A stretch of 64,000 bases of DNA, from positions 640,001 to 704,000 of the forward strand of contig OZ219816.1 of assembly GCA_964291235.2 (NCBI GenBank), given 5' to 3'. Positions 1 to 9,696 of the stretch are shown here, piece by piece. Under the pieces are notes generated by a model. The model was not told the DNA's origin. It did no database searches and was given only the letters and a program-made list of their open reading frames with translations. The DNA is from Vicinamibacteria bacterium (GTDB lineage Bacteria; Acidobacteriota; Vicinamibacteria; Marinacidobacterales; Marinacidobacteraceae). Each line of letters opens with the position of its first letter. Within the stretch, counting starts at the first letter, position 1. A program made the position numbers and the translations under genes.

Positions 1-2186
1 GAGTCCGCGGCGCCCGCCGACTCGGAGGTGGATTCGCCACGATTCAGCGGCTGCGACTGCTTGCTGCCGTCCCGATAGATGGCGACCGCCTTGAGGCCGA
101 GCTTCCAGGATGCGAGATACGTCTCCTCGACGTCCTCGACAGTGCTCTCTTCGGGCATGTTGACGGTCTTCGAGATTGCGCCCGACAGGAACGGCTGGAC
201 CGCATGCATCATCTTCACGTGGCCCATGTAGTGAATGGAACGCTCGCCGCCGAACGGTTCGAGCGCGCAATCAAACACCGGGAGGTGTTCCTTGCGGAGA
301 TCGGGCGCCCCCTCGACGTGGCCGTGCTCGTCCACGTAGTCCCAGATCCGCTGGATCGCCCCGTCGTCATAGCCGAGCCGCTGGAGCGCCGAGCGAACCG
401 TCTGGTTGACGATGCGAATGATCCCGCCGCCGCTGAGCTTCTTGTGCTTGATCAGTGAGAGATCGGGTTCCACACCGGTGGTGTCGCAATCCATCATCAG
501 GCCGATGGTGCCGGTGGGGGCCAGTACCGAAGCCTGGCCGTTCCGGAATCCATGGTCCTCGCCGAGGGCGATGGCCTCATCCCAAGCCTGCTGCGCTCGC
601 GAAAGGACTGCCTCCGGGACGTCCGATGCCTCGATCTGCAGCGACGCATCCCGATGCATGCGCATCACCTCGAGGAACGGTCGCTCATTCTCCGGGTAGC
701 CCTGGAACGGTCCGGTGACCTCGGCAATCCGGGCCGACTGGCGATAGGCCCGGCCGGTCATCAACGAGGTCAGGGCGGCGGCGATCGATCGGCCGCTGTC
801 GCTGTCGTAGGGGACGCCCCGGTGCATCAGGAGCGCTCCCAGATTCGCGTAGCCGAGTCCGAGAGGCCGGAAATCGTGCGAGTTGCGTTCGATGCGCGGC
901 GTCGGGTAGCTCGCGTTCCCGACGATGATTTCCATGCCGGTAAGGACCACATCCACCGCGTGCTCAAAGCCCTCGGCGTCGAACTCACGTTCCTCGCTGA
1001 CGAACTTCATCAGGTTCAGCGAGGCCAGGTTGCAGGCGCTGTCGTCGAGGTACATGTACTCGGAACACGGGTTTGAAGCATTGATCCGACCGGTCTTCTT
1101 GGACGTATGCCAGCGGTTGACGGTGTCGTCGAACTGCATTCCCGGATCGCCGCACCGATGTGCCGATTCGGCGATCTGCCGGAACAACTCCCGGGCGCGC
1201 ATGGTGTCCATCGGCGCACCCGAGGTGATCGCGCGGGTGGACCACTCCTCGTCGTTCTCGACGGCGCGCATGAACGCATCGCTCACCCGGACGCTGTGGT
1301 TGGCGTTCTGGTACTGGATGGATGCATAGGCCTCGCCGTTCAACGACCCGTCATAGCCGGCGTCGATGAGCGCGTGCGCCTTTTGTTCTTCGCGGGACTT
1401 GCAGTCAACGAACTCCAGGATGTCCGGGTGATCCACATTGAGAATCACCATCTTGGCGGCTCGCCGCGTCTTGCCACCGCTCCGGATGACCCCGGCGAAG
1501 GAGTCGTACCCCTTCATGAAGGAGACTGGCCCGGAAGCCTTCCCGCCACTGGACAACTGCTCACGCGAGCTGCGGATCGTGGAGAGGTTCGTTCCGGTCC
1601 CGGAGCCCCATTTGAACAGCATCCCTTCGGTCTTGGCGAGGGTCAGGATGGAATCCATGGTGTCCTCGACCGAGTTGATGAAGCAGGCCGAGCACTGCGG
1701 CTGCTCCTCGACGCCACAGTTGAACCAGACCGGCGAGTTGAACGCCGCGAACTGGTTGAGCAGCAGGAAGGTGAGCTCGTCACGGAACGTATCCGCTGCC
1801 GCCTGATCCGCGAAGTACCCATCCTTCACTCCCCAGGCGGCGATCTGGTCGGCCACCCGCCCGACGAGCTGGCGGACGCTCGACTCGCGTTCGCCCTTCT
1901 CGAGCGATCCGTGGAAGTACTTGGAGGCGACGATGGTGGTCGCCATCATGGACCACGACTTCGGGAACTCGACACCGTACTGGGCAAAGATCGTGTTGCC
2001 GTGTTCGTCAGTGATGATGGCGTCGCGTTTCTCCCACTCCACCTGGTCGTAGGGTGAGACACCACGCTCGGTGAAGCGGCGCCGGAATTCGAGACCGCCG
2101 GTCCGACCGTTCTTCTGTTCCTTTCCGTGTTGCGAATCCTCCCCGGAGCGGGGTCCCACCGCCGTGGGTTCTACGGCTACTTGCAT
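1..2186 (-). CDS. nrdJ: Class II (B12-dependent) ribonucleotide reductase, 3' end runs off the window
   Basis: Read manually on the minus strand from ATG at 2186: AFNSPVWFNCG, QCSACFINSVED, GGKTRRAAKM, ASNPCSEYMYLDDSACNLASLNL, GAISKTVNMP, WKLGLKAVAIYRDGSK. Absent from the ORF track because there is no stop inside the window. Confidence 0.95.
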   Translation of the reverse strand, partial: MQVAVEPTAVGPRSGEDSQHGKEQKNGRTGGLEFRRRFTERGVSPYDQVEWEKRDAIITDEHGNTIFAQYGVEFPKSWSMMATTIVASKYFHGSLEKGERESSVRQLVGRVADQIAAWGVKDGYFADQAAADTFRDELTFLLLNQFAAFNSPVWFNCGVEEQPQCSACFINSVEDTMDSILTLAKTEGMLFKWGSGTGTNLSTIRSSREQLSSGGKASGPVSFMKGYDSFAGVIRSGGKTRRAAKMVILNVDHPDILEFVDCKSREEQKAHALIDAGYDGSLNGEAYASIQYQNANHSVRVSDAFMRAVENDEEWSTRAITSGAPMDTMRARELFRQIAESAHRCGDPGMQFDDTVNRWHTSKKTGRINASNPCSEYMYLDDSACNLASLNLMKFVSEEREFDAEGFEHAVDVVLTGMEIIVGNASYPTPRIERNSHDFRPLGLGYANLGALLMHRGVPYDSDSGRSIAAALTSLMTGRAYRQSARIAEVTGPFQGYPENERPFLEVMRMHRDASLQIEASDVPEAVLSRAQQAWDEAIALGEDHGFRNGQASVLAPTGTIGLMMDCDTTGVEPDLSLIKHKKLSGGGIIRIVNQTVRSALQRLGYDDGAIQRIWDYVDEHGHVEGAPDLRKEHLPVFDCALEPFGGERSIHYMGHVKMMHAVQPFLSGAISKTVNMPEESTVEDVEETYLASWKLGLKAVAIYRDGSKQSQPLNRGESTSESAGAAD

Positions 2187-2277
2187 GACGAACAGATATC
2201 CCCTCGTTGGAAAAAAAGGAGAGTCGGCGCGAAGCCATTTCTCCCAGCCTGCCGAAAGAGCATTGGATGAAACTAAA

Positions 2278-2325
2278 ACACAACATGTTGCGGTATGCAA
2301 CCGGCAAGACCACAACCCGTTGGGG
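2278..2325. promoter_or_regulatory. Tandem NrdR boxes upstream of nrdJ
   Basis: ACACAACATGTTGCGG (2278-2293) and CCACAACCCGTTGGGG (2310-2325), 32 bp apart, match the 16-bp NrdR palindrome acaCwAtATaTwGtgt. nrdR is also in the window. Confidence 0.85.
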
Positions 2326-2531
2326 GTCGAACGCTGGCCAACCAGGGGCGAATCTCCCCCATCGGCAACGCCGCGCGGTGGCAAACCCGGGTCGGCAAAC
2401 CGGTATTGGCCCGGAAGCCTGAAAGGCTCGGGAACGCGGCGTCGGAGGAAATCCTCGGACGAATTGCCGCCCCGACGCGAACGCCCGGCGGCTGGGCCGC
2501 CGGGCGTTCGCCGGTAAGAACCGAACGACGC

Positions 2532-4949
2532 CTAGTGGTTGTTCGGCCGCCGGCTTCCGCTCGAACCGCTGCCGCTTCGGCTGACGGCGGTGCTACCGCC
2601 GCCGCTACCACCGCCGCCGCCGCCGCTGGCCCGGCTTCCGCCACCGCCGCCGCTGGCCCGGCTTCCGCCACCGCCGCCGCTGCCGCTCACCGCGGTGCCG
2701 CCGCCACCGCCGCCACCGCCGCGGCTCATGCCGCTGCGGCTACCGCCGTTCCGCGTGCTCCCCGCAAAGCGCGAGAACCCACCGGGACGGCCTCCCCGGG
2801 AGGCGCCGCTCGGGCGCGTGCGGGACGTCGCGCTGGGCCGGCTGCGGGAGCCCGCGTTCGGTCGGCTTCGGGAAGCGCCGCTGGGCCGGCTCCGGCTGGC
2901 CCCGCTCGGGCGGCTGCGACTGGCGCCGCTACTAGGCTGGCTTCGGGAAGCGCCGCTGGGCCGGCTCCGACTGGCCCCGCTCGGGCGGCTGCGGCTGGCG
3001 CCGCTACTGGGCTGGCTTCGGGAAGCGCCGCTGGGCCGGCTCCGGCTGGCCCCGCTCGGCCGGCTTCGGCTGGCTCCGCTACTGGGCTGGCTGCGGGAGG
3101 CGCCGCTGGGCCGGCTCCGGCTAGCTCCATTCGGCCGGCTGCGGGTAGCGCCGCTGGGCCGGCTGCGTGGAGTTCCAGACCGTCCTGCCGCGGCAGCGCC
3201 GCTCCGTGGAGATGAGGGGCGGACCGTTGACGGCCTTCGCGCTCCCGTGGTCCCCGTCCGTCCGGAAGCCCGTGGCCGGGGGGATGTCGCCGGCCGGTTT
3301 CCGGTCGTGGGGCGGCCGCCGCGGGCGGCCTCGGGGCGTCCGCCCCGGCGGGTGGAGGTGGCGGCGTCGGCGGTCCCGCTACCCCGAGCGGCGGCTCGGG
3401 ACCGGCCTGACTCCGTGCCCGCGGAACTCTCGCGCGGTCCGACCGCTCCGCGGGACAGGACCGCCCGGTCCCTTTCCGCCGCGGCCGCCGACCGCGTGCT
3501 GCGGGCTCGCGCTGCGTTCGAAGGAACGGCGACGCGCTGCCCGCGGAGGGTGCTGCGGGCCGCGCCCGCCGTGGAGCGGCCCGCAGCGGATGCTGCCCGG
3601 GAGGCGGCGACCCGCGAATTCGAGAGTCGTCGGTTCGTGGCCTTGGCGGAGCGGGTCATCGCGGTAACCCCCACCGCGCGCTGCCGGAATCCCCGGTCGA
3701 GGACGGCTCCCTGGGACAACACCCGGGCCTCTTGCAGGTTCGTCAGACTGGAGGCGGACAGGCGGTTGCGGGAGGCCGGACGGCCAACGGCCTCCCGGCT
3801 GGTGAAACTCCACGATCCCCGATCGCCCACGGACCCGCGGGGAACTGCCTTGCCCCGAATCTGCCCCCGGCGAGGGACGTTGCCCCCCCAGCCGCGGCCG
3901 TCGTAGTCCCCACGGCTGTAGTAATCCCAGCCGTAAACGGGATAGCCCCAGTAGTTCAACGGGGACCACCCGACCCAGTTGGGGCCGTAGCTCCAGGAAA
4001 CCCAGGCCGGACTCCAGACCGACCCCGGAAGCCAGTACCAGCCGAGGGGTCCGTGACCCCAGCGGCCGTAGTGATAGGGGGCCCATCCCCAGGAGTCGTA
4101 GGAGATCCAGGTCAAACCGAAGGGCGTGTGCGACCACCGCCCCAGCCGGTAAGGCGCCCAGTCGGCGGCGACGGCCGGATACCAGAGCCAGCCCAGATGG
4201 ACATCGTGGTGCCAGCGACCGTGTTGCGCCAGATCGGGGGCGTACTCCTGCACTTCCTCGGGCAGTTCGTCGTAGTGCGTTTCGGCGCTGGTGACGAACC
4301 GCTGCCGGCGGCCTTCGGTCCATGCCAGAAAACTGTCGTTGCCCAGGAACTCCTCCGGCGACGCCGGGGCGGCGCCCTCGGAAGCGATGGTCCGCTGACC
4401 GGACCCCACGAGCACCGAGCCCCACTCGGTGGAGACCGTTGCAATCCCCGAGTACACGACGAATTGGACGGTGCGGCCATCCTCGAGCAGATCGGTGCGG
4501 TACTCACCCTCTCCCTGTGGGGAGAAGGTGCCGCCAGGCGTTTCCACGACCACTTCCGCATCGCCCGCCATCCAGACGATCAGACTTCCGGTCCAGAACC
4601 CGAGACGGTGCGGGCTGTCGCCTTCCACGTAGTCCAACTTGGTCGCCTGGTCCATCCAGGCGGTGACCCGTCCCGCAAAGCGCAACTCGACCTGGCCGGG
4701 TTCGCGGGTCCAGATGCGGTCGCCCGGAAGGAAGGGGCTGCCGCGCTCCGCCTCGTGCGCGCCGAAATCGTCCGCCCGCTGGTGCCAGACGTCGCCGTCC
4801 ACCACGCTGAGATTCCCGTAGGCGTAGGAACGCCCGGTCTCCTCGTCGGCCTGCCCGAGCGCTGCCGGCGCTTGGCCCAGGACCAGAAACAGACTCAGAA
4901 TGCCTGCGTGCCCCAGGGTCTGATTACGCATGTTGGGTCTTTTGTGCAT
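2532..4949 (-). CDS. Secreted FecR-like/DUF6600 protein with a long Ser/Arg/Gly low-complexity tail
   Basis: Signal peptide, FecR-like region (PFLPGDRIWT), DUF6600-type W/Y/G/P-rich region (WAPYRLGRW, WGWAPYHYGRW, WSPAWVSW), GAGGAGG RBS. Confidence 0.8.
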   Translation of the reverse strand: MHKRPNMRNQTLGHAGILSLFLVLGQAPAALGQADEETGRSYAYGNLSVVDGDVWHQRADDFGAHEAERGSPFLPGDRIWTREPGQVELRFAGRVTAWMDQATKLDYVEGDSPHRLGFWTGSLIVWMAGDAEVVVETPGGTFSPQGEGEYRTDLLEDGRTVQFVVYSGIATVSTEWGSVLVGSGQRTIASEGAAPASPEEFLGNDSFLAWTEGRRQRFVTSAETHYDELPEEVQEYAPDLAQHGRWHHDVHLGWLWYPAVAADWAPYRLGRWSHTPFGLTWISYDSWGWAPYHYGRWGHGPLGWYWLPGSVWSPAWVSWSYGPNWVGWSPLNYWGYPVYGWDYYSRGDYDGRGWGGNVPRRGQIRGKAVPRGSVGDRGSWSFTSREAVGRPASRNRLSASSLTNLQEARVLSQGAVLDRGFRQRAVGVTAMTRSAKATNRRLSNSRVAASRAASAAGRSTAGAARSTLRGQRVAVPSNAARARSTRSAAAAERDRAVLSRGAVGPRESSAGTESGRSRAAARGSGTADAATSTRRGGRPEAARGGRPTTGNRPATSPRPRASGRTGTTGARRPSTVRPSSPRSGAAAAGRSGTPRSRPSGATRSRPNGASRSRPSGASRSQPSSGASRSRPSGASRSRPSGASRSQPSSGASRSRPSGASRSRPSGASRSQPSSGASRSRPSGASRSRPSGASRSRPNAGSRSRPSATSRTRPSGASRGGRPGGFSRFAGSTRNGGSRSGMSRGGGGGGGGTAVSGSGGGGGSRASGGGGGSRASGGGGGGSGGGSTAVSRSGSGSSGSRRPNNH
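2860..3165. repeat. Coding tandem repeat of 24/27-bp units with a 75-bp higher-order period (SRPSGASR / SQPSSGASR)
   Basis: CTTCGGGAAGCGCCGCTGGGCCGG recurs at 2866, 2941 and 3016, with a variant at 3091. Confidence 0.9.
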
Positions 4950-4984
4950 GGGCTACCTCCTCGAGGCTGCCACTGCTAGCTGCC

Positions 4985-5000
4985 GCAATCCCTATGCCAG
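4985..5000 (-). promoter_or_regulatory. Sigma54 (-24/-12) promoter of the DUF6600 gene
   Basis: Minus strand reads CTGGCATAGGGATTGC, an exact GG-N10-GC match to TGGCAC-N5-TTGC, about 35 nt upstream of the ATG. Confidence 0.75.
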
Positions 5001-5091
5001 AAGCGAACCGGTTTCTTTCGAATTTCGTGTGTTTTGGGGGGCAGCCGCCGAACCCGGAGCGCCGCCGGGTCGCGGCGCTGCCGACGTGGCA

Positions 5092-5508
5092 TCAAACGAG
5101 CCGGCCCAGGAACTCGGACGCCTGGATGCGGGCGCGGGCCGCGCGGAATTCTCGCCAGGCAGGCCGGACGTTTCGATCGCGGTTCACGAGTTGTGCGAGC
5201 TTGCTCCCGTCGGGGTCGTCCTCGAGCAGGGCTTCGAGACGGAGCCGCATCTCGCCTTGTGGAAGCGACTCGACGAACGCATCCTGCTCGCTGAGGGTGT
5301 CCTCGAGCCGCGGCTTTGGTACGGCCACGAAGCGGCCTCGAATGTCGGACTCCAACTGCCAGACGATTTCCTGGGTCGAAGGATCCTCGTGGTCCTCCGC
5401 CACGCTGACCATGCGGGCGGTATCCCGATCGTAGTAGTAGGTGCGTTCGGGCCCGTCGTCCACGAAGGCGGCGGCCAGCGCCTCAAGCAGAGAAGGATCG
5501 GTCTCCAC
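5092..5508 (-). CDS. UPF0158 family protein
   Basis: LAAAF-D...YYYDRDTARM...RFVAVP...FVESLP..MRLRL...WREFR pattern. GTG start at 5508 is inferred. Confidence 0.7.
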   Translation of the reverse strand: METDPSLLEALAAAFVDDGPERTYYYDRDTARMVSVAEDHEDPSTQEIVWQLESDIRGRFVAVPKPRLEDTLSEQDAFVESLPQGEMRLRLEALLEDDPDGSKLAQLVNRDRNVRPAWREFRAARARIQASEFLGRLV

Positions 5509-5615
5509 GGACTCGCAACCGTCGCAATCGGGAACTGAGGGGGAGAAAAGCCCCCGCTCCAGAGAGACTAATCGAGAGGACCCGCCTACGCCAATTGCGG
5601 CAGTCCCTTCCCATT

Positions 5616-6596
5616 TCAGGCGCTCCGGCGCCGGGTGATGCGGGTCAGTTCGGGAGGTTCGTTGGTGATCTGCAGGGTATGGGTCTCGATGCCGTTCGGG
5701 CCGAACCGCACCCCCCGGACGAGGGCTCCGTCGGTCACCCCGGCGGCGCAGAAGATGAGGTTCCGGCCGGGCGCCAATTCGGCGGTGGTGAGTATGCGAC
5801 CTGGATCCTCGACACCGGTCTCGCGGAGCCGCTGCTGCTCCGCTTCGTTGCGTACCAGCAGCTGCCCCAGCATCCCGCCGCCCAGGCACCGCAGGGCCGC
5901 CGCGGCAATCACTCCCTCCGGAGCGCCGCCCGAGCCCATGGCCGCGTGAACTCCCGATCCCGGCATCGCGCTCAGGATGCCGGCCGAGAGGTCGCCGTCT
6001 CCGATGAGGCGTACGCGGGCGCCGGCGCGCCGCAGCCCGGCAATCAACTCGGCGTGCCGAGGGCGCTCGAGCACGACGACAGTGATCTCGCTCGCCGGAC
6101 GGCCCTCGGCCTCGGCGATCGCGCGAACGTTCTGCTCGGGGGAGTGATCGAGCCGGATCTCGTCACCGAGGAGGCTGCGACTGGCTGCTCCCACCATGAT
6201 CTTCTCCATGTAAACGTCGGGCGCGGTGAGCAATCCCCCGCGTTCCGAACCGGCCAGCACCGCGATGGCGCCGGGGCCTCCCGTGGCGCACAGGTTGGTA
6301 CCTTCGAGAGGGTCCACCGCGATGTCCAGCGTGGGGCTTGCCTCCCCGCCGTCGCCGAACTCTTCGCCGCTCCACAGCATGGGAGCCTGGTCGCGTTCGC
6401 CCTCCCCGATCACGACCCGCCCGCGGACCGGAACCCTGTCCAGAACCCGGCGCATGGCGGAAACCGCGACCTGATCGGAGTGGTGCCGGTCTCCCTGGCC
6501 GATCGTGCGGGCGCAGGAGATCGCTGCTTCCTCGACCGTTTGGACGAGGTGGGAGCTTACGGCCGCCAGCGGACGGTCGAACGCCGTCCCGCTCAA
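5616..6596 (-). CDS. glpX: Class II fructose-1,6-bisphosphatase
   Basis: VVIGEGERDQAPML, DIAVDPLEGT, PDVYMEKI, LERPRH, LIGDGDL, GGAPEGVIAAAA, GVTDG. TTG start overlaps the upstream TGA (TTGA). Confidence 0.92.
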   Translation of the reverse strand: MSGTAFDRPLAAVSSHLVQTVEEAAISCARTIGQGDRHHSDQVAVSAMRRVLDRVPVRGRVVIGEGERDQAPMLWSGEEFGDGGEASPTLDIAVDPLEGTNLCATGGPGAIAVLAGSERGGLLTAPDVYMEKIMVGAASRSLLGDEIRLDHSPEQNVRAIAEAEGRPASEITVVVLERPRHAELIAGLRRAGARVRLIGDGDLSAGILSAMPGSGVHAAMGSGGAPEGVIAAAALRCLGGGMLGQLLVRNEAEQQRLRETGVEDPGRILTTAELAPGRNLIFCAAGVTDGALVRGVRFGPNGIETHTLQITNEPPELTRITRRRSA

Positions 6597-7807
6597 CGCT
6601 CTTCCGGCGCCGGGAGCGTGACGCGCGTGGGGCGATCCTGCCGGTACCCCAGGGCGTAGTCGGCCTGCATGAGGGTGTGGATTTCGCGAGTTCCCTCGTA
6701 GATGACGGCGCCCTTGGAGTTCCTCCAGAAGCGTCCCACCGGATACTCGTCGGAGTAACCGTAGGAGCCGTGGATCTGGATGGCGTCCGAAGCCGCCCGT
6801 TCCGAGGCGACCGTGGACACCCACTTGGCGAGGGAAGTCTCGCGGGTGTTGCGGCGCCCGCGATTCTTCAGCTCTCCCGCACGGAGCCACAGGAGCCGGC
6901 TGATCTCGTAGTCCCGCTCCATGTTTGCGATCATCTGCTTGACCAGTTGGTGCCGGCCAATCTCCTGACCGAAGGTCGTTCGGGCGCGCGCCCACCGCAC
7001 GCTCTCGTCCCGGCAGGCGCGGATGAGTCCGGTGGCGCCGGCGGCGACCGTGTAGCGGCCCTGATCCAGGGCGAACATCGCGATCTTGAAGCCTTCGCCC
7101 TCTTCCCCGAGCCGGTTCTCTGCCGGAACGCGAACCTCGTGCATTCGGAACCAGCCCGTGTTGCCGGCGCGGATTCCCCATTTGTGGGTCATGTTTCCCG
7201 ACTCGAAGCCCGGGAAGGAGCGCTCCACGATGAAGGCCGAGAGTCCCGAATGATCCCTCCGGGCGCGTTTGTCCGGGTCTGTCCAGGCGATCACCAGGAA
7301 GTTGTCGGCAATCTCCGCCAGGGAGATCCAGTGTTTTTCGCCTGTCAGCACGTAGTCGGCCCCATCGCGCCGGGCCGTGGCTCGAATGCCGACCGCGTCG
7401 CTGCCGGCGTCGGGCTCGGTAAGCCCGTAGGTGGCGATCTCCTTCCCCTCGGCCTGCGGCCGCAGGTAGCGCTCCTTGTGGAACTCGGTGCCCCACGCCA
7501 GCAGCGAGAGGGAATTCAAACCTGCATGGACGGACATGATGACCCGCAGCGAGGTGTCCACGTACTCGAGTTCCTCGCAGGCCAACCCCAGGGAGATGTA
7601 ATCGAGTCCGGCGCCCCCGTGGCGCTCGGGCACACAGATCCCCAGGATGCCGAGCTCGCCCAGTCCCTTGAGAACGTCGCGATCGAAAACCTTGGCCGCG
7701 TCGTTGTCGCGGATATGCGGCGATACCTCGCGGGTGGCGAATTCGCGAACCAGCGATTCCGTCGCGCGGTGTTCCTCGTTCAGATCAAAGTTCAGACTGT
7801 CAGCCAA
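6593..7807 (-). CDS. Acyl-CoA dehydrogenase
   Basis: YGLTEPDAGSD, LTGEKHWIS, GEEGEGFKIAM, R.TFGQEIG.HQ, IQIHGSYGY, IYEGTREIH. TTG start is inferred. Confidence 0.93.
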   Translation of the reverse strand: MADSLNFDLNEEHRATESLVREFATREVSPHIRDNDAAKVFDRDVLKGLGELGILGICVPERHGGAGLDYISLGLACEELEYVDTSLRVIMSVHAGLNSLSLLAWGTEFHKERYLRPQAEGKEIATYGLTEPDAGSDAVGIRATARRDGADYVLTGEKHWISLAEIADNFLVIAWTDPDKRARRDHSGLSAFIVERSFPGFESGNMTHKWGIRAGNTGWFRMHEVRVPAENRLGEEGEGFKIAMFALDQGRYTVAAGATGLIRACRDESVRWARARTTFGQEIGRHQLVKQMIANMERDYEISRLLWLRAGELKNRGRRNTRETSLAKWVSTVASERAASDAIQIHGSYGYSDEYPVGRFWRNSKGAVIYEGTREIHTLMQADYALGYRQDRPTRVTLPAPEER

Positions 7808-8081
7808 GATTCCTGTTGCCTTTCCCGGTCCGATCGAGCAACCCACCAACGCGCGAACCGGTTTTCGAGTGGCGGTCCGTCCCGGCCGGCTCACGACGCT
7901 CCCGGTGGCGACCTGGTCGCCCGGTGTGCCCCCGGATGGCGCCTGACCCGCCCGGCGGGTTGCCGGTCCTGATGCTCGCCCTTTCGTTGTCCACGGATTG
8001 CCGGCCACTTCCGGCCGCGGTGCGGAGGGGCGGAGTATATGGGTGATTTGCGACTCGCCGGCCTGTCGGGGGCCGGCGCGG

Positions 8082-9695
8082 TCAGATCCCGCCGGCGAGC
8101 GCGGCGGCGGCCGCCTCGGCCTCCGCCTTGCGTTTGCTGGGGCCCACCCCTCTTCCCAGCGCGCGGCGCCCCGCGAGCACCTCCATGACGTAGGTCTTGT
8201 CGTGTTCGGGACCGCTCTCCGAGATGAGCCGGTACACCGGAAGCCGGCCCTCTTTCTTCACGAGCGTCTCCTGGAGAGCGCCCTTCGGGTTCTCCGTGGC
8301 GTCGGTCGCCGGCGCGGTCTTGTCGCGCGCTTCTGGTTCGGCGCCGGAGGGCGGGGCTCGCCTGGCTCCCCTCCGGCTCCTGGCGGACTGTTGCTCGAGG
8401 CGCGCGAGCGCTTGGCGCGCCGCATCTTTCTCGGCTTCCTTCAGGCCGCGGCCGGTGCCCGTTTCGACCAGTCCGCCCGCCAGCCGCAGGGTCACCGACA
8501 CCGCACCCTCGCCCCGCGAGTTCCGTCCGCCGCGCTTCACGTCGTACCGTGGCGCCTCTTTACCGGCCTGCGCCAGGCGGTTTTGGAGAAGTGTCTTGGG
8601 GTCCAGGAGTTCCAGGTCGGGATCCTCGAGTTCCTCGAGGGCCGCCCGGAACGGCCGGCCCAGGGCACGCCGTGCGGCTCCCAGGCCGCCGTCGAGGTAG
8701 AGCGCCCCCATCACGGCTTCCGCGGTCGCGGCGCTGTCGTCATCGTTCCCCAGGGACCAGTGCTGGCTCAGCACCTGCGTGAATTCCCGGCTCTGCAGCC
8801 GCATCCTGGCGAGCGTCATCCGTCCTTCGTCCCAGTCGGGGAAATGGTTGTGGAGCGCCTCGGCGAGCATGAGATGCATGACGTCGCGCCCGAGAAAGCG
8901 CAGCGCCGGCCGGTTGGCAGTCCGGGCCGACCGGTCATGCCCCGGCGATCGCGGCCCCGGGCCCCGTCGTCCCCGGCCCCCCCGTTGCCGGCCGCGCCGC
9001 GGTCCCGAGGAGCGTTCCCCGTCGCTCTTCTCGAGCGCCACCGCCAGGATTGCCGGATCGGCGAAGGTGTATCCCAGTGCTCGTTCGACGTCCTTCCGAA
9101 GCAACAGCAGACGACGGGTGAAACGGACACCGAGCGGACCCACGGCTCGTAGCCCGGTTCCCAGGCGACGGCCCCATCCCGGAACGCCTTCGAGCGGCTC
9201 CAGCCGGAATCGCTTGAGTTTCCTCGCAAAAGCTGCTCCCAGGATCCCCCGCGCCGCCGGCATGCCGCCGTCGAGATAGGCGGCCCCGAGGACTGCTTCG
9301 AAGACGTTCGCCAGGATGCGGTCGGAAGACCGGACTTCTTCTCCGGAATTCCGGCCGCGTCCAACCCGGATGCCCTCGTCCAGTGAAAGAGTTCGCGCCG
9401 CCGCCGCCAGCGACTGGTTGCTGACCAGCTCGGACTTGGTCTCCTGACGCCTCTGGCCGTCCCAGTGCGGCCGCTGCCGGTGCACGGACTCGGTGACGAC
9501 GAGTCCGAGTGCCGCGTCCCCGACAAACTCCAGTCGTTCGTAGTCCGCCACCGCGTGGTCGTTGCGATACGAGCCATGCGTCAGGGCTTCCTGGAGCAGC
9601 TCGATGTTCCGGAATCGGTACCCGAGTCCGCGGGCAAACTCCACGACCGGGCGATGGTTGGAGGCCGATGTGCGCCGGCGTCGTCGTCTGGCCAT
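8082..9695 (-). CDS. rnc: Ribonuclease III-family protein with two RNase III domains and two dsRNA-binding domains
   Basis: Domain A: LGYRFRN..LLQEALTH, YERLEFVGDA, ILANVFEAVLGAAYLDGG. Domain B: LGYTFADPAILAVAL, ALRFLGRDV, FPDWDEG, AEAVMGALYLDGG. dsRBD1: DPKTLLQ...GTGRGLKEAEKDAARQAL. dsRBD2: NPKGALQE...SGPEHDKTY...GVGPSKRKAEAEAA. Confidence 0.9.
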   Translation of the reverse strand: MARRRRRRTSASNHRPVVEFARGLGYRFRNIELLQEALTHGSYRNDHAVADYERLEFVGDAALGLVVTESVHRQRPHWDGQRRQETKSELVSNQSLAAAARTLSLDEGIRVGRGRNSGEEVRSSDRILANVFEAVLGAAYLDGGMPAARGILGAAFARKLKRFRLEPLEGVPGWGRRLGTGLRAVGPLGVRFTRRLLLLRKDVERALGYTFADPAILAVALEKSDGERSSGPRRGRQRGGRGRRGPGPRSPGHDRSARTANRPALRFLGRDVMHLMLAEALHNHFPDWDEGRMTLARMRLQSREFTQVLSQHWSLGNDDDSAATAEAVMGALYLDGGLGAARRALGRPFRAALEELEDPDLELLDPKTLLQNRLAQAGKEAPRYDVKRGGRNSRGEGAVSVTLRLAGGLVETGTGRGLKEAEKDAARQALARLEQQSARSRRGARRAPPSGAEPEARDKTAPATDATENPKGALQETLVKKEGRLPVYRLISESGPEHDKTYVMEVLAGRRALGRGVGPSKRKAEAEAAAAALAGGI

Positions 9696-9696
9696 C

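Noticed and set aside
2187-2530. Cobalamin riboswitch upstream of nrdJ
   Set aside because: No convincing B12 box or GGGAA...GCCCCCGCAACTGT core was found. NrdR boxes account for the conserved-looking sequence.
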